A stretch of DNA of 64,000 nt from positions 3,264,001 to 3,328,000 of the forward strand of contig OZ251518.1 in assembly GCA_965242965.1 (NCBI GenBank), given 5' to 3'. The position numbers were made by a program, and so were the translations under genes. The stretch is from Candidatus Poribacteria bacterium. GTDB lineage: Bacteria; Poribacteria; WGA-4E; WGA-3G. Of this stretch, positions 42,941-53,664 are shown in pieces; position 1 is the first letter of the stretch; each line of letters begins with the position of its first letter. The notes under the pieces are model-generated. The model made no database searches, was not told where the DNA came from, and was given only the letters and a program-made list of their open reading frames with translations.

Positions 42941-42948
42941 TTACCGCC

Positions 42949-43740
42949 TCAAGGCGCGCTGTGCCGACGTTTCAGGTCTCCCCAAGCGACTGGCAGTTTC
43001 GCACGCGGCGAGACATCAAACGGAACAAGCAGGTCTTCAAAATACTCGAATTGCGCAATCTGCTTGCCTTTGCTGTCACAGATGCCGACATAAATGCCGA
43101 CTTCAAGCGGTTCATCGAATTCTTGTTCGGTTTCGCCGATGTCTGTCCAGTTGTCATTCGCTTTCCGCTTCCACCACGCCGTGAAGTTATCGCCTTCTCG
43201 GCGGAGGCGCATGTAAAGGTCCATTTCACCGGCCGGGTCTAGGAAACCGGGCACCACGCCGACGAGTCCTTCACCGTTATCAAATTGCCTCTTCTGATAT
43301 TGGATAACCGCGTTGTTATCGTTGCCGGCGCGGCCCCAGAGTTTGATTGTTACCCACTCACCATCGCGCCCCTGATGGTCCTTCGTAGTCGGCGAAAAAG
43401 CGACGACACCCGCTACAACACAAGCATCTTCGTAATCCATGTAGAGGTGTGTTTCAATGTCAAAATCGCCTTCGTGTTCCTGATAGAGGCGGTTCGTTGT
43501 ATCGTCGGGCCAGAGGTTACGGTTGCGTTCGCCGGTGATGTGCAGCCAGCCGGCTTTCGTTTTGCCGAGATCCCATTCTTCCGGTTCAACGCCTGCCTCT
43601 CTGGAGGTTTTCCATTTCCAATTCGGATTTTTTAACGCGTTGCCATCAAACGGATCGCCGAGGGAATCAGCGGCTTCGGCGGCAATGGTGCCGAACAGCA
43701 TCGCAATACCGGCAATTACTAAGAGAGTGATTTGTTTCAT
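42949..43740 (-). CDS. Secreted concanavalin/DUF1349-like protein with C-terminal VSPRAKLPVAWGDLK motif
   Basis: AAGGAG RBS, signal peptide; paralog of upstream gene. Confidence 0.75.
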   Translation of the reverse strand: MKQITLLVIAGIAMLFGTIAAEAADSLGDPFDGNALKNPNWKWKTSREAGVEPEEWDLGKTKAGWLHITGERNRNLWPDDTTNRLYQEHEGDFDIETHLYMDYEDACVVAGVVAFSPTTKDHQGRDGEWVTIKLWGRAGNDNNAVIQYQKRQFDNGEGLVGVVPGFLDPAGEMDLYMRLRREGDNFTAWWKRKANDNWTDIGETEQEFDEPLEVGIYVGICDSKGKQIAQFEYFEDLLVPFDVSPRAKLPVAWGDLKRRHSAP

Positions 43741-43817
43741 AAGTGTATCTCCTTGCGCGCTTTCAAAGCAAGATGACTGGCGGCGTAATTGCCGCCAGCC
43801 TGAGGATGTGCCACAAA

Positions 43818-44588
43818 TTAGCGGCGTTTCAATGCACCCCACGTGACAGCGAGCCTATCGCGCGGGTCTACGGGGGTTGCGGGGCTGGAAGCCTCCCGGA
43901 AATAGTCAAACGTGACTGTCATTTTGCCGGGGCCTTCGCCTTCGCAGATACCGACATAAATGCCGACTTCAAGCGGTTCTTGAAGTTCGTTGGTAACTTT
44001 GCTGACAGAAACCCAGTCGCCTTGGGCATCCGGCTTGAACCACGATTCATATTCATTGCCTTCGCGTTTGATGCGCAGTTCGATGGGGATAACACCCTGT
44101 TCCGGATTGTAATCCGGTTGCGTTCCGACATAAGGTTCGGCATCGTTTTGACGGCGTTGGTATTGAAGCACAGCGTTGTTGTTTTGCGCCGCACCGCGTC
44201 CCCACAACTTCAGCGTTACCCATTCGCCATCGCGATCTTGGGTATCCTTAGTTGTGGCGGAGTAGACGACGATGCCAGCGACGGTGCAAGCGTCTGCGTA
44301 ATCGACAACCATCGACGTTTCAATGTCAAACTCGTCCTGGTCGGTGATTTGATAGAAGCGCGTGGTGGTATCATCACCCCACAGATTCTGGTCAAACCCG
44401 GCTTCAGCGACGAGCAGTCCATCTTTCAGCTCCCAAGGACTTTTCTCGCTGTCCTTGACTTGCCAAAAGGATTTGAGTGTCTGGCCGGTGCCGTCAAATT
44501 CGTCGCTCATCAACGTTTGCGCGAGAACGGTATTGACGCAGCCGATAGCCAGAAGTAGCGTTAACATGACACAAAAAGTTTGTTTCAT
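43818..44588 (-). CDS. Secreted concanavalin/DUF1349-like protein with C-terminal VDPRDRLAVTWGALK motif
   Basis: Shares NLW.DDTT.R.YQ, FDIET, RDGEWVT.KLWGR, EPLEVGIYVGIC with neighbour. Confidence 0.75.
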   Translation of the reverse strand: MKQTFCVMLTLLLAIGCVNTVLAQTLMSDEFDGTGQTLKSFWQVKDSEKSPWELKDGLLVAEAGFDQNLWGDDTTTRFYQITDQDEFDIETSMVVDYADACTVAGIVVYSATTKDTQDRDGEWVTLKLWGRGAAQNNNAVLQYQRRQNDAEPYVGTQPDYNPEQGVIPIELRIKREGNEYESWFKPDAQGDWVSVSKVTNELQEPLEVGIYVGICEGEGPGKMTVTFDYFREASSPATPVDPRDRLAVTWGALKRR

Positions 44589-44686
44589 CGTTAAAATATC
44601 CTTCCTATAGAATTTATTATGAAGATATTTTACGATTTTTGTGGCAAAATGTCAAGATTTTATTTTTTTACTAAGGCTATTTAGTT

Positions 44687-45243
44687 GATGGCGTTTCATA
44701 AATTCCCGTAGGAGAGACCTCCTGGTCTCGATGCATCCCCGTAGGAGAGACCTCCTGGTCTCGATTTCATCGTAGGGATTGGGCCCTCGCATGCCACACG
44801 CGCATGCGAGCGGGTTCCCCTCGCCAACGTTCGCGCGCCAGACCCTGTAGTTCGGGATCGCCTGATCCCGAACCGTTTGTGATCAGGCGATCACAAACTA
44901 CAGAGGTGGAAACACACAGCGTGACGATGGACAACGCGGGGGACAGGCCCCCGCGCTACGATAAAAAACGCCCCCTTCACCGTAGTGCGAGGGCCTGTCC
45001 CTCGCCATCGTGCGTGCACGCGCAATCCAACGTTCGCGGGGGACAGGCCCCCGCGCTACGGACAGAGAAAAGCCCCTCCTTTACCGTAGGGCGAGGGCCT
45101 GTCCCTCGCCATCGTTCATGCCTGCGCACCGCAACGCTCGCGGGGGAAACCCGCTCGGATGCGCGTATGGCATCCGAGGGGCCCCGCGCTACGGACAGAG
45201 AAAAGCCTACGGTAAAATCGAGACCGGGAGGTCTCTCCTACCG
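44687..45243. repeat. REP-like mosaic starting with degenerate TIR
   Basis: GATGGCGTTTCATA then many GTAG modules. Confidence 0.8.
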
Positions 45244-45330
45244 GGCAAACGGAGCAGAAAATTTCCCTTGCCAAATCCAAGAGATAATGCTAAAATTACC
45301 GCAATGCCACCATTGTCATAAGGAGTTCGC

Positions 45331-47044
45331 ATGCCCACACTCGATTTCAGAGGCAAACAATTCATCTACTCCCATCACCTCACCGTGCCGTTTCGCACGC
45401 TGGAAGTAGATGCCACTAAATCCCTGCAAAATGCACATTATGAAGGGGGGGGTCAAGTCGCCTTCATTGCAGGATAACCTCATCATCCACGGCGATAATC
45501 TGCACGCACTCAAGGCACTCCTCCCGAAATATGCAGGGAAGATTAAGTGTGTCTACATCGATCCGCCCTATAACACCGGTAACGAAGGCTGGGTTTACAA
45601 TGACAACGTCAACAGCCCCCTGATGCAACGGTGGTTGGCGGAAAACTCGCCGATTGATGTTGAAGATTTAGAACGCCACGACAAGTGGCTGTGCATGATG
45701 TGGCCGCGCTTGCATCTCTTACGCGAGTTGCTCGCCGACGATGGCGTGATTTTCATCTCTATTGATGACAATGAGGTGCATCATTTACGACAAGTTATGA
45801 ATGAGATTTTCGGTGAAGTGCATTTTATCGCTTGCTTGCCTACCGTTATGAATCTCAAGGGAAACAATAACGAATTCGGATTCGCGGGGACTCATGAATA
45901 CACTCTCGCTTGGGCAAAAAATCGCGCGCTTGCTCAAATCGGCGAGTTTGACATGGAAGAGGAGGAACTCGCGGCATGGATGCAAGATGATTATGGGTAC
46001 TACAAAAAAGGGGCAGAACTGAAAGCCACGGGGGCAAGTGCCCCAAGGAGCGAAAGACCTAATTTGTTCTATCCGATCTTTGTTAACGAACGGAATGAAG
46101 TGTCGGTAGTCAAATGTCCCGAAACCGAGAATTATGAACAGGTGCTACCGATTACCGATGGCAAAGAAGTCCATTGGCGGTGGAGCAAACAGAAAGTCAT
46201 CAACGAGTCCTACAACATTATCGTTGAGAGGACACTCACTGGCATCCGGCTGCGGAAGAAGCAGAGGCCCGCATTAGGGGAATTGCCGACGAAAAAGCCG
46301 AAGTCGCTGCTTTACAAACCCGAATATAGCAGCGGAAACGGGACTGCTGAATTGAAGCAGGTGTTCGGCAGTAGAGCCTTTGACTATCCGAAACCTGTTC
46401 AGTTGCTCAAAGACCTGGTTGGACTTGTCACAGAGCAAGATGACATCATCCTGGACTCCTTCGCTGGCAGCGGCACTACGGCGCACGCCGTCCTCGCACT
46501 CAATAGAGAAGACGGCGGTAACCGCAAGTTCATCCTCATTGAGTGCGAAGATTATGCAGATAGCATCACCGCCGAACGCGTACGGCGCGTCATCAACGGT
46601 GTAGATACCGCCAGGGACGAAGCATTGCGTCGCGGCTTCGGCGGCACTTTCGCCTATTGTGAACTCGGCGAACCGATTGACGAGGAAGGCATGCTCTCCG
46701 GCGAAACGTTGCCTGCCTACGAAACTTTGGCAAACTACATTGCTTACGTCGCGACAGGCAGCGCGCTTGACGTTGTTACCTTGCGAGAGGACTTCTTTTT
46801 CGGGGAGACTGAGGCGATTCGCTTTTATCTTATCTATGAACCGAACCTTGAATTTTTGGAGAGTGATGCCGCCGCGCTGGATGGAAAGCGCGCCGCACGG
46901 ATTGCGGCGCGATGCAAAGCAGCAAGGAAAAAGGCGTTCGTCTATGCGGCACACAAGTTCGTCAGTCAAAAAGACTTGACACCGATGGGCATCACGTTCT
47001 GTCAACTTCCTTATGGCATCCATCAAATTGAGGGTGTTTCATAA
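45331..47044 (+). pseudogene. Type III-like Mod DNA methyltransferase, frameshifted at G8 tract (45445-45452)
   Basis: AAGGAG-ATG MPTLDFRGKQFIYSHHL stops at 45477; +1 frame continues NLIIHGDNL, DPPYNTG, YPKP, DSFAGSGTT; G7 gives 570 aa. Confidence 0.85.
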
Positions 47045-47462
47045 ATGGCTCAACAGCGCGAGCGGTGGCGAGGGAAACCCGCTCGGATGCACGTGTGGCA
47101 TGCGAGGGCCCACACCCTACGGTGAAAGGCAGGCGTTATTTTTTTCGTAGCGCGGGGGCCTGTCCCCCGCGATCGCCATCGTCAAGTTATGTTTTTAGGT
47201 CCTTTAGGACCTGAAGAGAACAAAAGACGTTTTTCCGTAGCGCGAGGCATGGCGAGGGACAGGCCCTCGCCCCTACGGTAACACGAACCGTTTTTTTTCA
47301 CCGTAGCGCGGGGGCCTGTCCCCCGCGAGCGTTGGAGTGCGCGGACGATGGCGAGGGACAGGCCCTCGCCCTACGGTGAGGGGAGGGCGTTTTTTTTAGG
47401 CGCGCCGCCCTATTGCATCGAGACCGGGAGGGCTCTCCTACACGGATTTATGAAACACCCTG
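47030..47462. mobile_element. MITE-like element (TIRs, no clear TSD) supplying the Mod stop codon
   Basis: GAGGGTGTTTCATAA...TTATGAAACACCCTG. Confidence 0.75.
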
Positions 47463-47485
47463 ATTAAGAAAAAATCTAGTTGCTG

Positions 47486-49243
47486 CTAATACAAAATATG
47501 CACCCGATTTTTCCCACGCACCGTCTCATCTGGCAGCACGAGAGGCACTTCTACCACGGCGATGAAAGTGCCATCTGCGCTGATAGCGAGTGTATCGTAA
47601 GGCAATTGCCCCTCCGTGCGATAGGTGTATAGGTATTTTGCCAAACCGCCTCCCTCCGCCTCCAAATCGAAGAGAGAAACGCCGTGTAGGCTTTCATTCG
47701 GGTTTTGACTCCGCTTGGAGACAGCGAGGACGGCGTAGCGGCCGGCCGCGTCAATGCGTAACCCTTGCGGCATGTTTTCTAGTTGCCACTGCCACACTTT
47801 TTCACCCTCCCACGAATAAGCGAACAACGTCATTCCGTTCGGATGCGCTGTCGGCGGACGTTGCGCGCCTTTTTGGAGATGATAGGGAATGTAGGTGGTG
47901 CCGGTGACAAAGAGTGCAGCGGCATCTGTCGCGCCAATAGTGCCGGAAGTCGCGATAATCGGCACGCCGCTTACCTCAAGTGGCGTTGCTAAATTTTGAT
48001 GCCAGAGGGGTTCCGATTCGTTCTCTTTCTCGGTAGGCGCGTTTTGTATGCGCGCTTCTGCATCGAATATAAAGGCGCGCCCATCGTCCGTGGTCACATT
48101 AATAAACCTGCCATCGGGGGTGATGCTGACACCGCGCCAAAAAGTGACTCCCTCAAAATACGGTTTGAGCGGTTCAAAGGTGGCGTGCCAACGTTCTGTC
48201 CCAGTTTCTACATCAATAACGACAAGGCTGCCGTTTCCTTTCCCACTTGCATCTGCCACGAGTGCCAGCGTTTTCCCATCGGCACTGACATCAAACCATC
48301 GCAAAACTTTCGGGAGCGCGCCATCGGAGGGCCATTTCCATTTCACGGTGCCTGTCTCTCCATCAAATCGGTAAAGTTGCGACTTTTTCACGGGGACATT
48401 GTCTTTTGTCCACGAATGCACGCTGGCGACAAGCACATCTCCATCTGATAGCGTCAGCATGCGAGACGGACCCGGGTATTGCACCCACGCGTAAATACTA
48501 CCCGCGTCTTGCGGCGTGGAAGTCTCAATATCATCAGCGGTGCGATATTTCCATAACTGTTGATAGTCGCGCTTTTCTTCGCGGGGGCCAGGCTCCCGCG
48601 CTGCGGTTGAAGGGGGCTTTTCTTGACTCGTGCTGATGGCATAGGCATAGATGAATCCATCAGCCGCTTGTTCACCGATATAGAGTCGGGAGGGAACGGA
48701 ATCAGGCGATTCTGTGCTAAAAGCGATGTGTTTGACATATCCCTCTGAGATGCGCGTTTTCCAAACTAGTTCGCCTGTCAGTGCCGCGACAATTGCGAGA
48801 TGTCCCGCATCCGTTGCAATTGCGACATGTTTTCCATCCGCCGAAAACGCTACCGTCGTCGGCTGTGCCGGGCGGCGCAGGTTTGCCATGAGCGATAACA
48901 TTCCATCTAAGGCAATGGTTTGGATAGGATACAGCACCGGTTTAAGCGGTGTCCGCGTTTCTACGACGCTCGCGCCGGCATCAGAGGTGAGCGTCACGCG
49001 ATAGTTCTGGTTCGGTTCCCATGCGCATTGCACCAAAATCTGCTTGGGATTCAGTTGTAAGGCTTTGGCCGGCAGTGTTTCCGTTTGGGCTAGCACTTTG
49101 ACTTTGAGTCCGCTTGTAATGTCGTGTTCCGTTTCAAGCACCGCTCCCGTGCGCGTCCAGACGATATTCATGTCTGCCGCGAATCCGTAGATGGGGGAAA
49201 CGATGAGGAGACAAAAAAGTAGTAAAAAATGTGTTTTCTTCAT
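47486..49243 (-). CDS. Exported PQQ/WD40-like beta-propeller protein
   Basis: Signal peptide MKKTHFLLLFC; repeated S.DG..A / D..TG...W blades; third gene after B12 riboswitch. Confidence 0.8.
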   Translation of the reverse strand: MKKTHFLLLFCLLIVSPIYGFAADMNIVWTRTGAVLETEHDITSGLKVKVLAQTETLPAKALQLNPKQILVQCAWEPNQNYRVTLTSDAGASVVETRTPLKPVLYPIQTIALDGMLSLMANLRRPAQPTTVAFSADGKHVAIATDAGHLAIVAALTGELVWKTRISEGYVKHIAFSTESPDSVPSRLYIGEQAADGFIYAYAISTSQEKPPSTAAREPGPREEKRDYQQLWKYRTADDIETSTPQDAGSIYAWVQYPGPSRMLTLSDGDVLVASVHSWTKDNVPVKKSQLYRFDGETGTVKWKWPSDGALPKVLRWFDVSADGKTLALVADASGKGNGSLVVIDVETGTERWHATFEPLKPYFEGVTFWRGVSITPDGRFINVTTDDGRAFIFDAEARIQNAPTEKENESEPLWHQNLATPLEVSGVPIIATSGTIGATDAAALFVTGTTYIPYHLQKGAQRPPTAHPNGMTLFAYSWEGEKVWQWQLENMPQGLRIDAAGRYAVLAVSKRSQNPNESLHGVSLFDLEAEGGGLAKYLYTYRTEGQLPYDTLAISADGTFIAVVEVPLVLPDETVRGKNRVHILY

Positions 49244-49266
49244 TTTGCGTTTTCCTGTAGTATAAT

Positions 49267-49850
49267 GAGGGTGTTTCCTAACTCCGTGTCGGAGAGCCCC
49301 TCCAGTCTTGATGCAAGCGATGTCCTTGTAGGAGAGACCTCCTGGTCTCGATGAAAAAACGGTTCTTAGGTCCGTAGGACCTAAAACGATGCGTCCGAAA
49401 AAACGGCGCGCGTTACCGTAGGGCGGGGGCCCTCGCATGCCACACGCGCATGCGAGCGGGTTCCCCTCGCCATCGTTCTTGCACCAGGCTCTGTAGTTCA
49501 GGATCGCCGGATCCTGACCCGTTTGTGATCAGGCGATCACAAACTACAGATGCGGAAACACACATCGTGACGATGGTGCTCGCGGGGGCCTGTCCCCCGC
49601 GCTACGGTGAAAAAACGCCGTCCCTTCACGTAGGGCTTGGGCCCTCGCATGCCACACGCGCATGCGAGAGGGTTTCCCTCGCCGTGCGTTTTGCTGTCAG
49701 AGCGCATCCCCCCTGTAGGTCAAGATCGCCTGATCTTGACCTGTTTGTGATCAGGCGATCACAAACTACAGAGGTGCGCCCGATGCCTTCTGGTGTTCGC
49801 CAGCCCTCCAAGGCGGGATAAATACCGAAACGGAGTTATGAAACACCCTC
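49267..49850. mobile_element. MITE-like element with 20-bp TIR (1 mismatch)
   Basis: GAGGGTGTTTCCTAACTCCG...CGGAGTTATGAAACACCCTC; no TSD. Confidence 0.75.
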
Positions 49851-49872
49851 TGTTAAACTCTGATGGGCGGCA

Positions 49873-51786
49873 CTAATCCGCAACACGCCAGAGGCCGCGT
49901 CCCAATCGGCCGCCAAGTAACACGCCGATGAAGGTATAGACAAAACCTTCCACCAGAATGCGGATGGCGAGATACCAGTCTGCGTAGAAGAGCCGATAAA
50001 AGACAATGGACAATTGAAAATCGACGTAGACAGCGAGGGCATCACAGATGCCGAGTGCCACTGCCCATGCCAATAAACCGCGCCGTTGCACGAGCCGATA
50101 CCCGGTTTCCAGCAACAGCACGCTTGTGCCGGTATACACGATTTCCATCGGTGTAAACATTCCGAAGGTGACTGCACCGAGGAGCAGGCGCACGGCAGAG
50201 GCAAGGAGAATCACGCCGTGTGTTTTTTTCGTTATATGTCGAGACCGGGAGGTTGCGCCGACTGAACGTGTTCCCGATTTTTCTGGCGCGCCGTTGATAT
50301 AAATGAGCAACGCTGTCAACAGCGCGTAGTAAAGCGTCTCATTCATCAACCCTGTCAACAGCACCGAAACGGGCCCGAGAAGGGCCCGGATGAGGTTCAA
50401 AAACAGCGTTGAGGGAATGATAACGCACACAAAAACAGTCGCGCCGAACAGCGCGATGACAATCAGTTGTTTCGTCGTGAACCGCGCGAAGATTTGGCGA
50501 TGATACCGAAGCACCACCACTAACCCGATACTGCTAGCAAGCACCGCCAACGCTGTGACGAACAATGCCTGTCGGTTCGGCACAACGATGTGGAGCGGTT
50601 GTTGTTCACGCAGCACCGTGGCGTTACTCCCCCAAACTTTCACCTCAATCTCGCGGCTGTATTCGCCAGGGCGCGCTGAAAGCGGATTGAAGTAAATCGG
50701 CAACGGAATAGCCGTGAGTGTTCCGGGCGGTAAACTGGCGAAAGCGACGCTCTTGTCGGTGCCGGCGTTGATTGCATCGGGCGGCGCGAGAAACCGAATC
50801 GTTTCGCCACTCTTCGCATCGCGGTTAATAGACGATACGACGACATGGAGAATCGCATCCCCGTGATTCTGGAGATGCACGGTTTGGAAAGTTATCGGCG
50901 TGTAGACATCAACCGGTGCCTGTCCCCATCGTCCGAAGAGAGGCCGCGCGTGATAGAGGGTATCGGCGCGCTGTCTTGAATCTGCGACACCTGATTCATC
51001 TGTTGGCATGCGGATATCTTCAATGGAGAGCCGGGCGGCTATCTTCTCCACAGTTGCTGCCTGCAGTTGCAATTCGGTGGTGTGTTCCCAAAGCGTATCT
51101 TGTGCTTCAAAGCATACCTTGCCGGAAATCACTGCGGTGCCGGTATCAATTTTGCGCGGCATCTTCAACACAACTTCACCATACCAAACTTCGCCGGCAA
51201 CGGTAAAGGCACCGGTGGTTGAGAGACAGGTTTCCTTACCGTTATTTTGAGTCTTCCACCCCGATGGCAATTTCACGATAGTGAACGCAGCCGGAAAGCA
51301 GACGGTAAGGTGAAAATCGGCGTGCGGCGCAGTTGTCCCATTTCTGACGAGGACGGTGGCTGTCAATTCGCTATCGCGCAGCACGAGTGAGGTGGCGTTC
51401 GCGTGCGCAGCCGCGCCGTAAGGGACAGAGATTTCCAAACTGCCGCGCGCCGTAGAACGCGGGGCAGTCGCCTCTTGAACGTCCACCTCCCCCGCATCCG
51501 ATGTCACCTCAAATCGATAGGTTTCACCCGCGTCCCATTCAAAATAGAGCGATTCTACCGGGCGCGGTGACGCGGGAAAATTGAGTTGTGCAACCAACGT
51601 GCCCGCCGCATTGTAGGCGGAGACGCGGCGAAAAGGTGACGGATTCCGTTCTATTTGCTCAAATTCGAGCTTGGCACCGAGGGAAAAGAAGCTGACTTGC
51701 CACGCTGGCTGCACCTCTTTTGTTTCCCTCGTTCTGCAGCTGAGAAGCAACAGCGAAAATAAAAGCCAGGCTATTGATTTTCTCAT
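49873..51786 (-). CDS. Lipoprotein with large soluble region fused to ECF S-component-like membrane domain
   Basis: Lipobox LLSC; C-terminal ~6-7 TM beginning F.TKQLIVIALF. Confidence 0.65.
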   Translation of the reverse strand: MRKSIAWLLFSLLLLSCRTRETKEVQPAWQVSFFSLGAKLEFEQIERNPSPFRRVSAYNAAGTLVAQLNFPASPRPVESLYFEWDAGETYRFEVTSDAGEVDVQEATAPRSTARGSLEISVPYGAAAHANATSLVLRDSELTATVLVRNGTTAPHADFHLTVCFPAAFTIVKLPSGWKTQNNGKETCLSTTGAFTVAGEVWYGEVVLKMPRKIDTGTAVISGKVCFEAQDTLWEHTTELQLQAATVEKIAARLSIEDIRMPTDESGVADSRQRADTLYHARPLFGRWGQAPVDVYTPITFQTVHLQNHGDAILHVVVSSINRDAKSGETIRFLAPPDAINAGTDKSVAFASLPPGTLTAIPLPIYFNPLSARPGEYSREIEVKVWGSNATVLREQQPLHIVVPNRQALFVTALAVLASSIGLVVVLRYHRQIFARFTTKQLIVIALFGATVFVCVIIPSTLFLNLIRALLGPVSVLLTGLMNETLYYALLTALLIYINGAPEKSGTRSVGATSRSRHITKKTHGVILLASAVRLLLGAVTFGMFTPMEIVYTGTSVLLLETGYRLVQRRGLLAWAVALGICDALAVYVDFQLSIVFYRLFYADWYLAIRILVEGFVYTFIGVLLGGRLGRGLWRVAD

Positions 51787-51857
51787 TGCGTTGTCTCTGT
51801 CATTACAATCAATCTGGGTAGGCGCGGTTTGAAACCGCGCCTGCCAGAATTTGGGTA

Positions 51858-53156
51858 TCAGAAGTTATTGGCAACTAACACCAGATCCAGCACGTTTACC
51901 ACGCCATCGGCGTTGACATCGCCGGGGATGTCAAGTCCTGTTTCTCCGAAATAGCGGCTGACGATGGTTAAATCAGAGATGTTCACAAACCCATCGTCGT
52001 TGACATCTTCGGCTCTAGGGACAATCTGTGCAATGGCTACGTTATCCGCCCCGGGTCCGACGCGATAGGTTTTGAGAAGCGTCTCGTCGATGCCCATGAC
52101 GCGCACCTCGTCTTGCCCACCGCCGGTCCAATCGGGATAGGTAATGTAGAGACTACCGTCCGGCGCAAACGTCATCCCTGAGCCGCCGCCGAAATCGACG
52201 AGCGCGTCGTCTTTGTCACGCACCCATTTTTCCGTGACGACATCGTAGATGAGCAGACCGGGGGTTTGCCACCCGCCTTGGATGAACAGCCGTTTTTCCG
52301 CATTGATGGCGAAACTGCCGGGTGTCATCTTCAACGATACTGTCTTGCGAACCTCATCGGTAGTTGTGTCAATAAACACGAGGTGGCCAGGGATGAGATT
52401 CCGGTCTCCCGTAGTTTTGACAATCACCGTTGACTCGCTGTCGTTGACAATCCCGCCAGCGTTTGTCGGCATCGGTATAGACTTCAGCACCGTGTCTGTC
52501 GTGGTATCAATCACGGTGACACTGCTGTCGTGGTAGAGGACTTGCCTCGCCTCTGCATCCCACTCCCACGCCGGGTTCGTCACATACGCCTTGCCGTTTA
52601 GCAGCGTGATACCGCTAGGCTTGTTGAAAGGGCCGGTGATAACCTTCGTCACATTGCGATTTGCGATGTCAACGACATGGACTTCGTGCGCCGCGTCGCA
52701 GGTGACATACATCTTATTCTCATTGACAAAAGCGAGGTTTTGCGGTTGCGCGCCTGCGCGGATGGGAATTTCTCCGACAATCGCACGCCGCTGCAAGTTG
52801 ATAATGAGGATGTTATCGCTGAAGACGTTGGGGATGTAAGCGAGATGCCCCCGAATGAGGATATCGCTCGGCACATTGCCGAGAGGAATGACTTCGTTCT
52901 CAACGGCGCGTCTCTCGTTCGGCTCCGCGAGATCGATGAGGGAGAGTGAAGTCGTAATGCCCAAGTCAGGATGCGTGAGCGCATTGACGACTACGGCGAA
53001 ATGCTGCGCGTCTACTTGCCCATCGGCATGGCGAGGGACAACCCCTCTGCCCACGGGCTCAGACGCGAAAACTGTGCTCACGAGAAGAATGGAGAGGATA
53101 GCCCGCGCTATCCACTTTAGAGCCGGCGCGTGTGCCAGCCGTTTTGGAAATGGCAT
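51858..53156 (-). CDS. YncE-like beta-propeller with C-terminal dockerin-type domain
   Basis: K.YV...V.VID repeats; DVNDDGFVNISDL / DVNADGVVNVLDL. Confidence 0.8.
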   Translation of the reverse strand: MPFPKRLAHAPALKWIARAILSILLVSTVFASEPVGRGVVPRHADGQVDAQHFAVVVNALTHPDLGITTSLSLIDLAEPNERRAVENEVIPLGNVPSDILIRGHLAYIPNVFSDNILIINLQRRAIVGEIPIRAGAQPQNLAFVNENKMYVTCDAAHEVHVVDIANRNVTKVITGPFNKPSGITLLNGKAYVTNPAWEWDAEARQVLYHDSSVTVIDTTTDTVLKSIPMPTNAGGIVNDSESTVIVKTTGDRNLIPGHLVFIDTTTDEVRKTVSLKMTPGSFAINAEKRLFIQGGWQTPGLLIYDVVTEKWVRDKDDALVDFGGGSGMTFAPDGSLYITYPDWTGGGQDEVRVMGIDETLLKTYRVGPGADNVAIAQIVPRAEDVNDDGFVNISDLTIVSRYFGETGLDIPGDVNADGVVNVLDLVLVANNF

Positions 53157-53322
53157 GAATTACCTCCGTAAGGATACAAAAAGCCTTGCTTTCCGTGAGA
53201 AGACAGGGGACGTGGCGGCGTTCATGCGGCGGTAGGTTTCCAAAATCGTAAAAATCGGAGTGCCTCTCGTGCGCGCTGCGGTTCCACTGCTCTCCCGCGA
53301 AAGCAGATATGTGAAACACGGT

Positions 53323-53515
53323 GCAGGCAGGTCTCCTGACTTCCGACTTTTTCCATTTCACCTTCCCATCCGAATGACAGTGGTTTTTGAAGTGGAAACT
53401 CTCGATTGAGAGAGGTATCGTTCACAGTGGCGGGGCCGTGGCGGATTTTCACCGCGCTTCCCTATTCTCCGATTCGCAGAGTTTGCAAGTTTCACTCTAC
53501 ATCGGCACCTGAACC
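53323..53515 (-). ncRNA. Cobalamin riboswitch
   Basis: Minus strand AGGTG...AATAGGGAAG.GCGGTGAAAATCCGC.ACGGCCCCGCCACTGT...CCACTG...GGGAAGG...AAGTCAGGAGACCTGCC. Confidence 0.95.
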
Positions 53516-53664
53516 GTTTGCTTATTTAATTGTTATGGATATATTATATCATATTCTTGTGCGTTTTGCAAATTTTTTTTGTTTCGTTGTCTGGAGCAGG
53601 ATTTTCAAGATTTTCTGGAGCAGGATTTTCAAGATTTTTCAAGATTTTCAGGATTAGGGTTATT

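Noticed and set aside
45331-47462. Complete type III restriction-modification system
   Set aside because: No Res helicase gene follows; a MITE and a convergent gene lie downstream
49244-49438. N-terminal extensions in the ORF track (also 12002, 4864, 27747, 28446, 55584)
   Set aside because: They run through repeats or other genes; downstream starts have better RBS, signal peptide or domain boundaries
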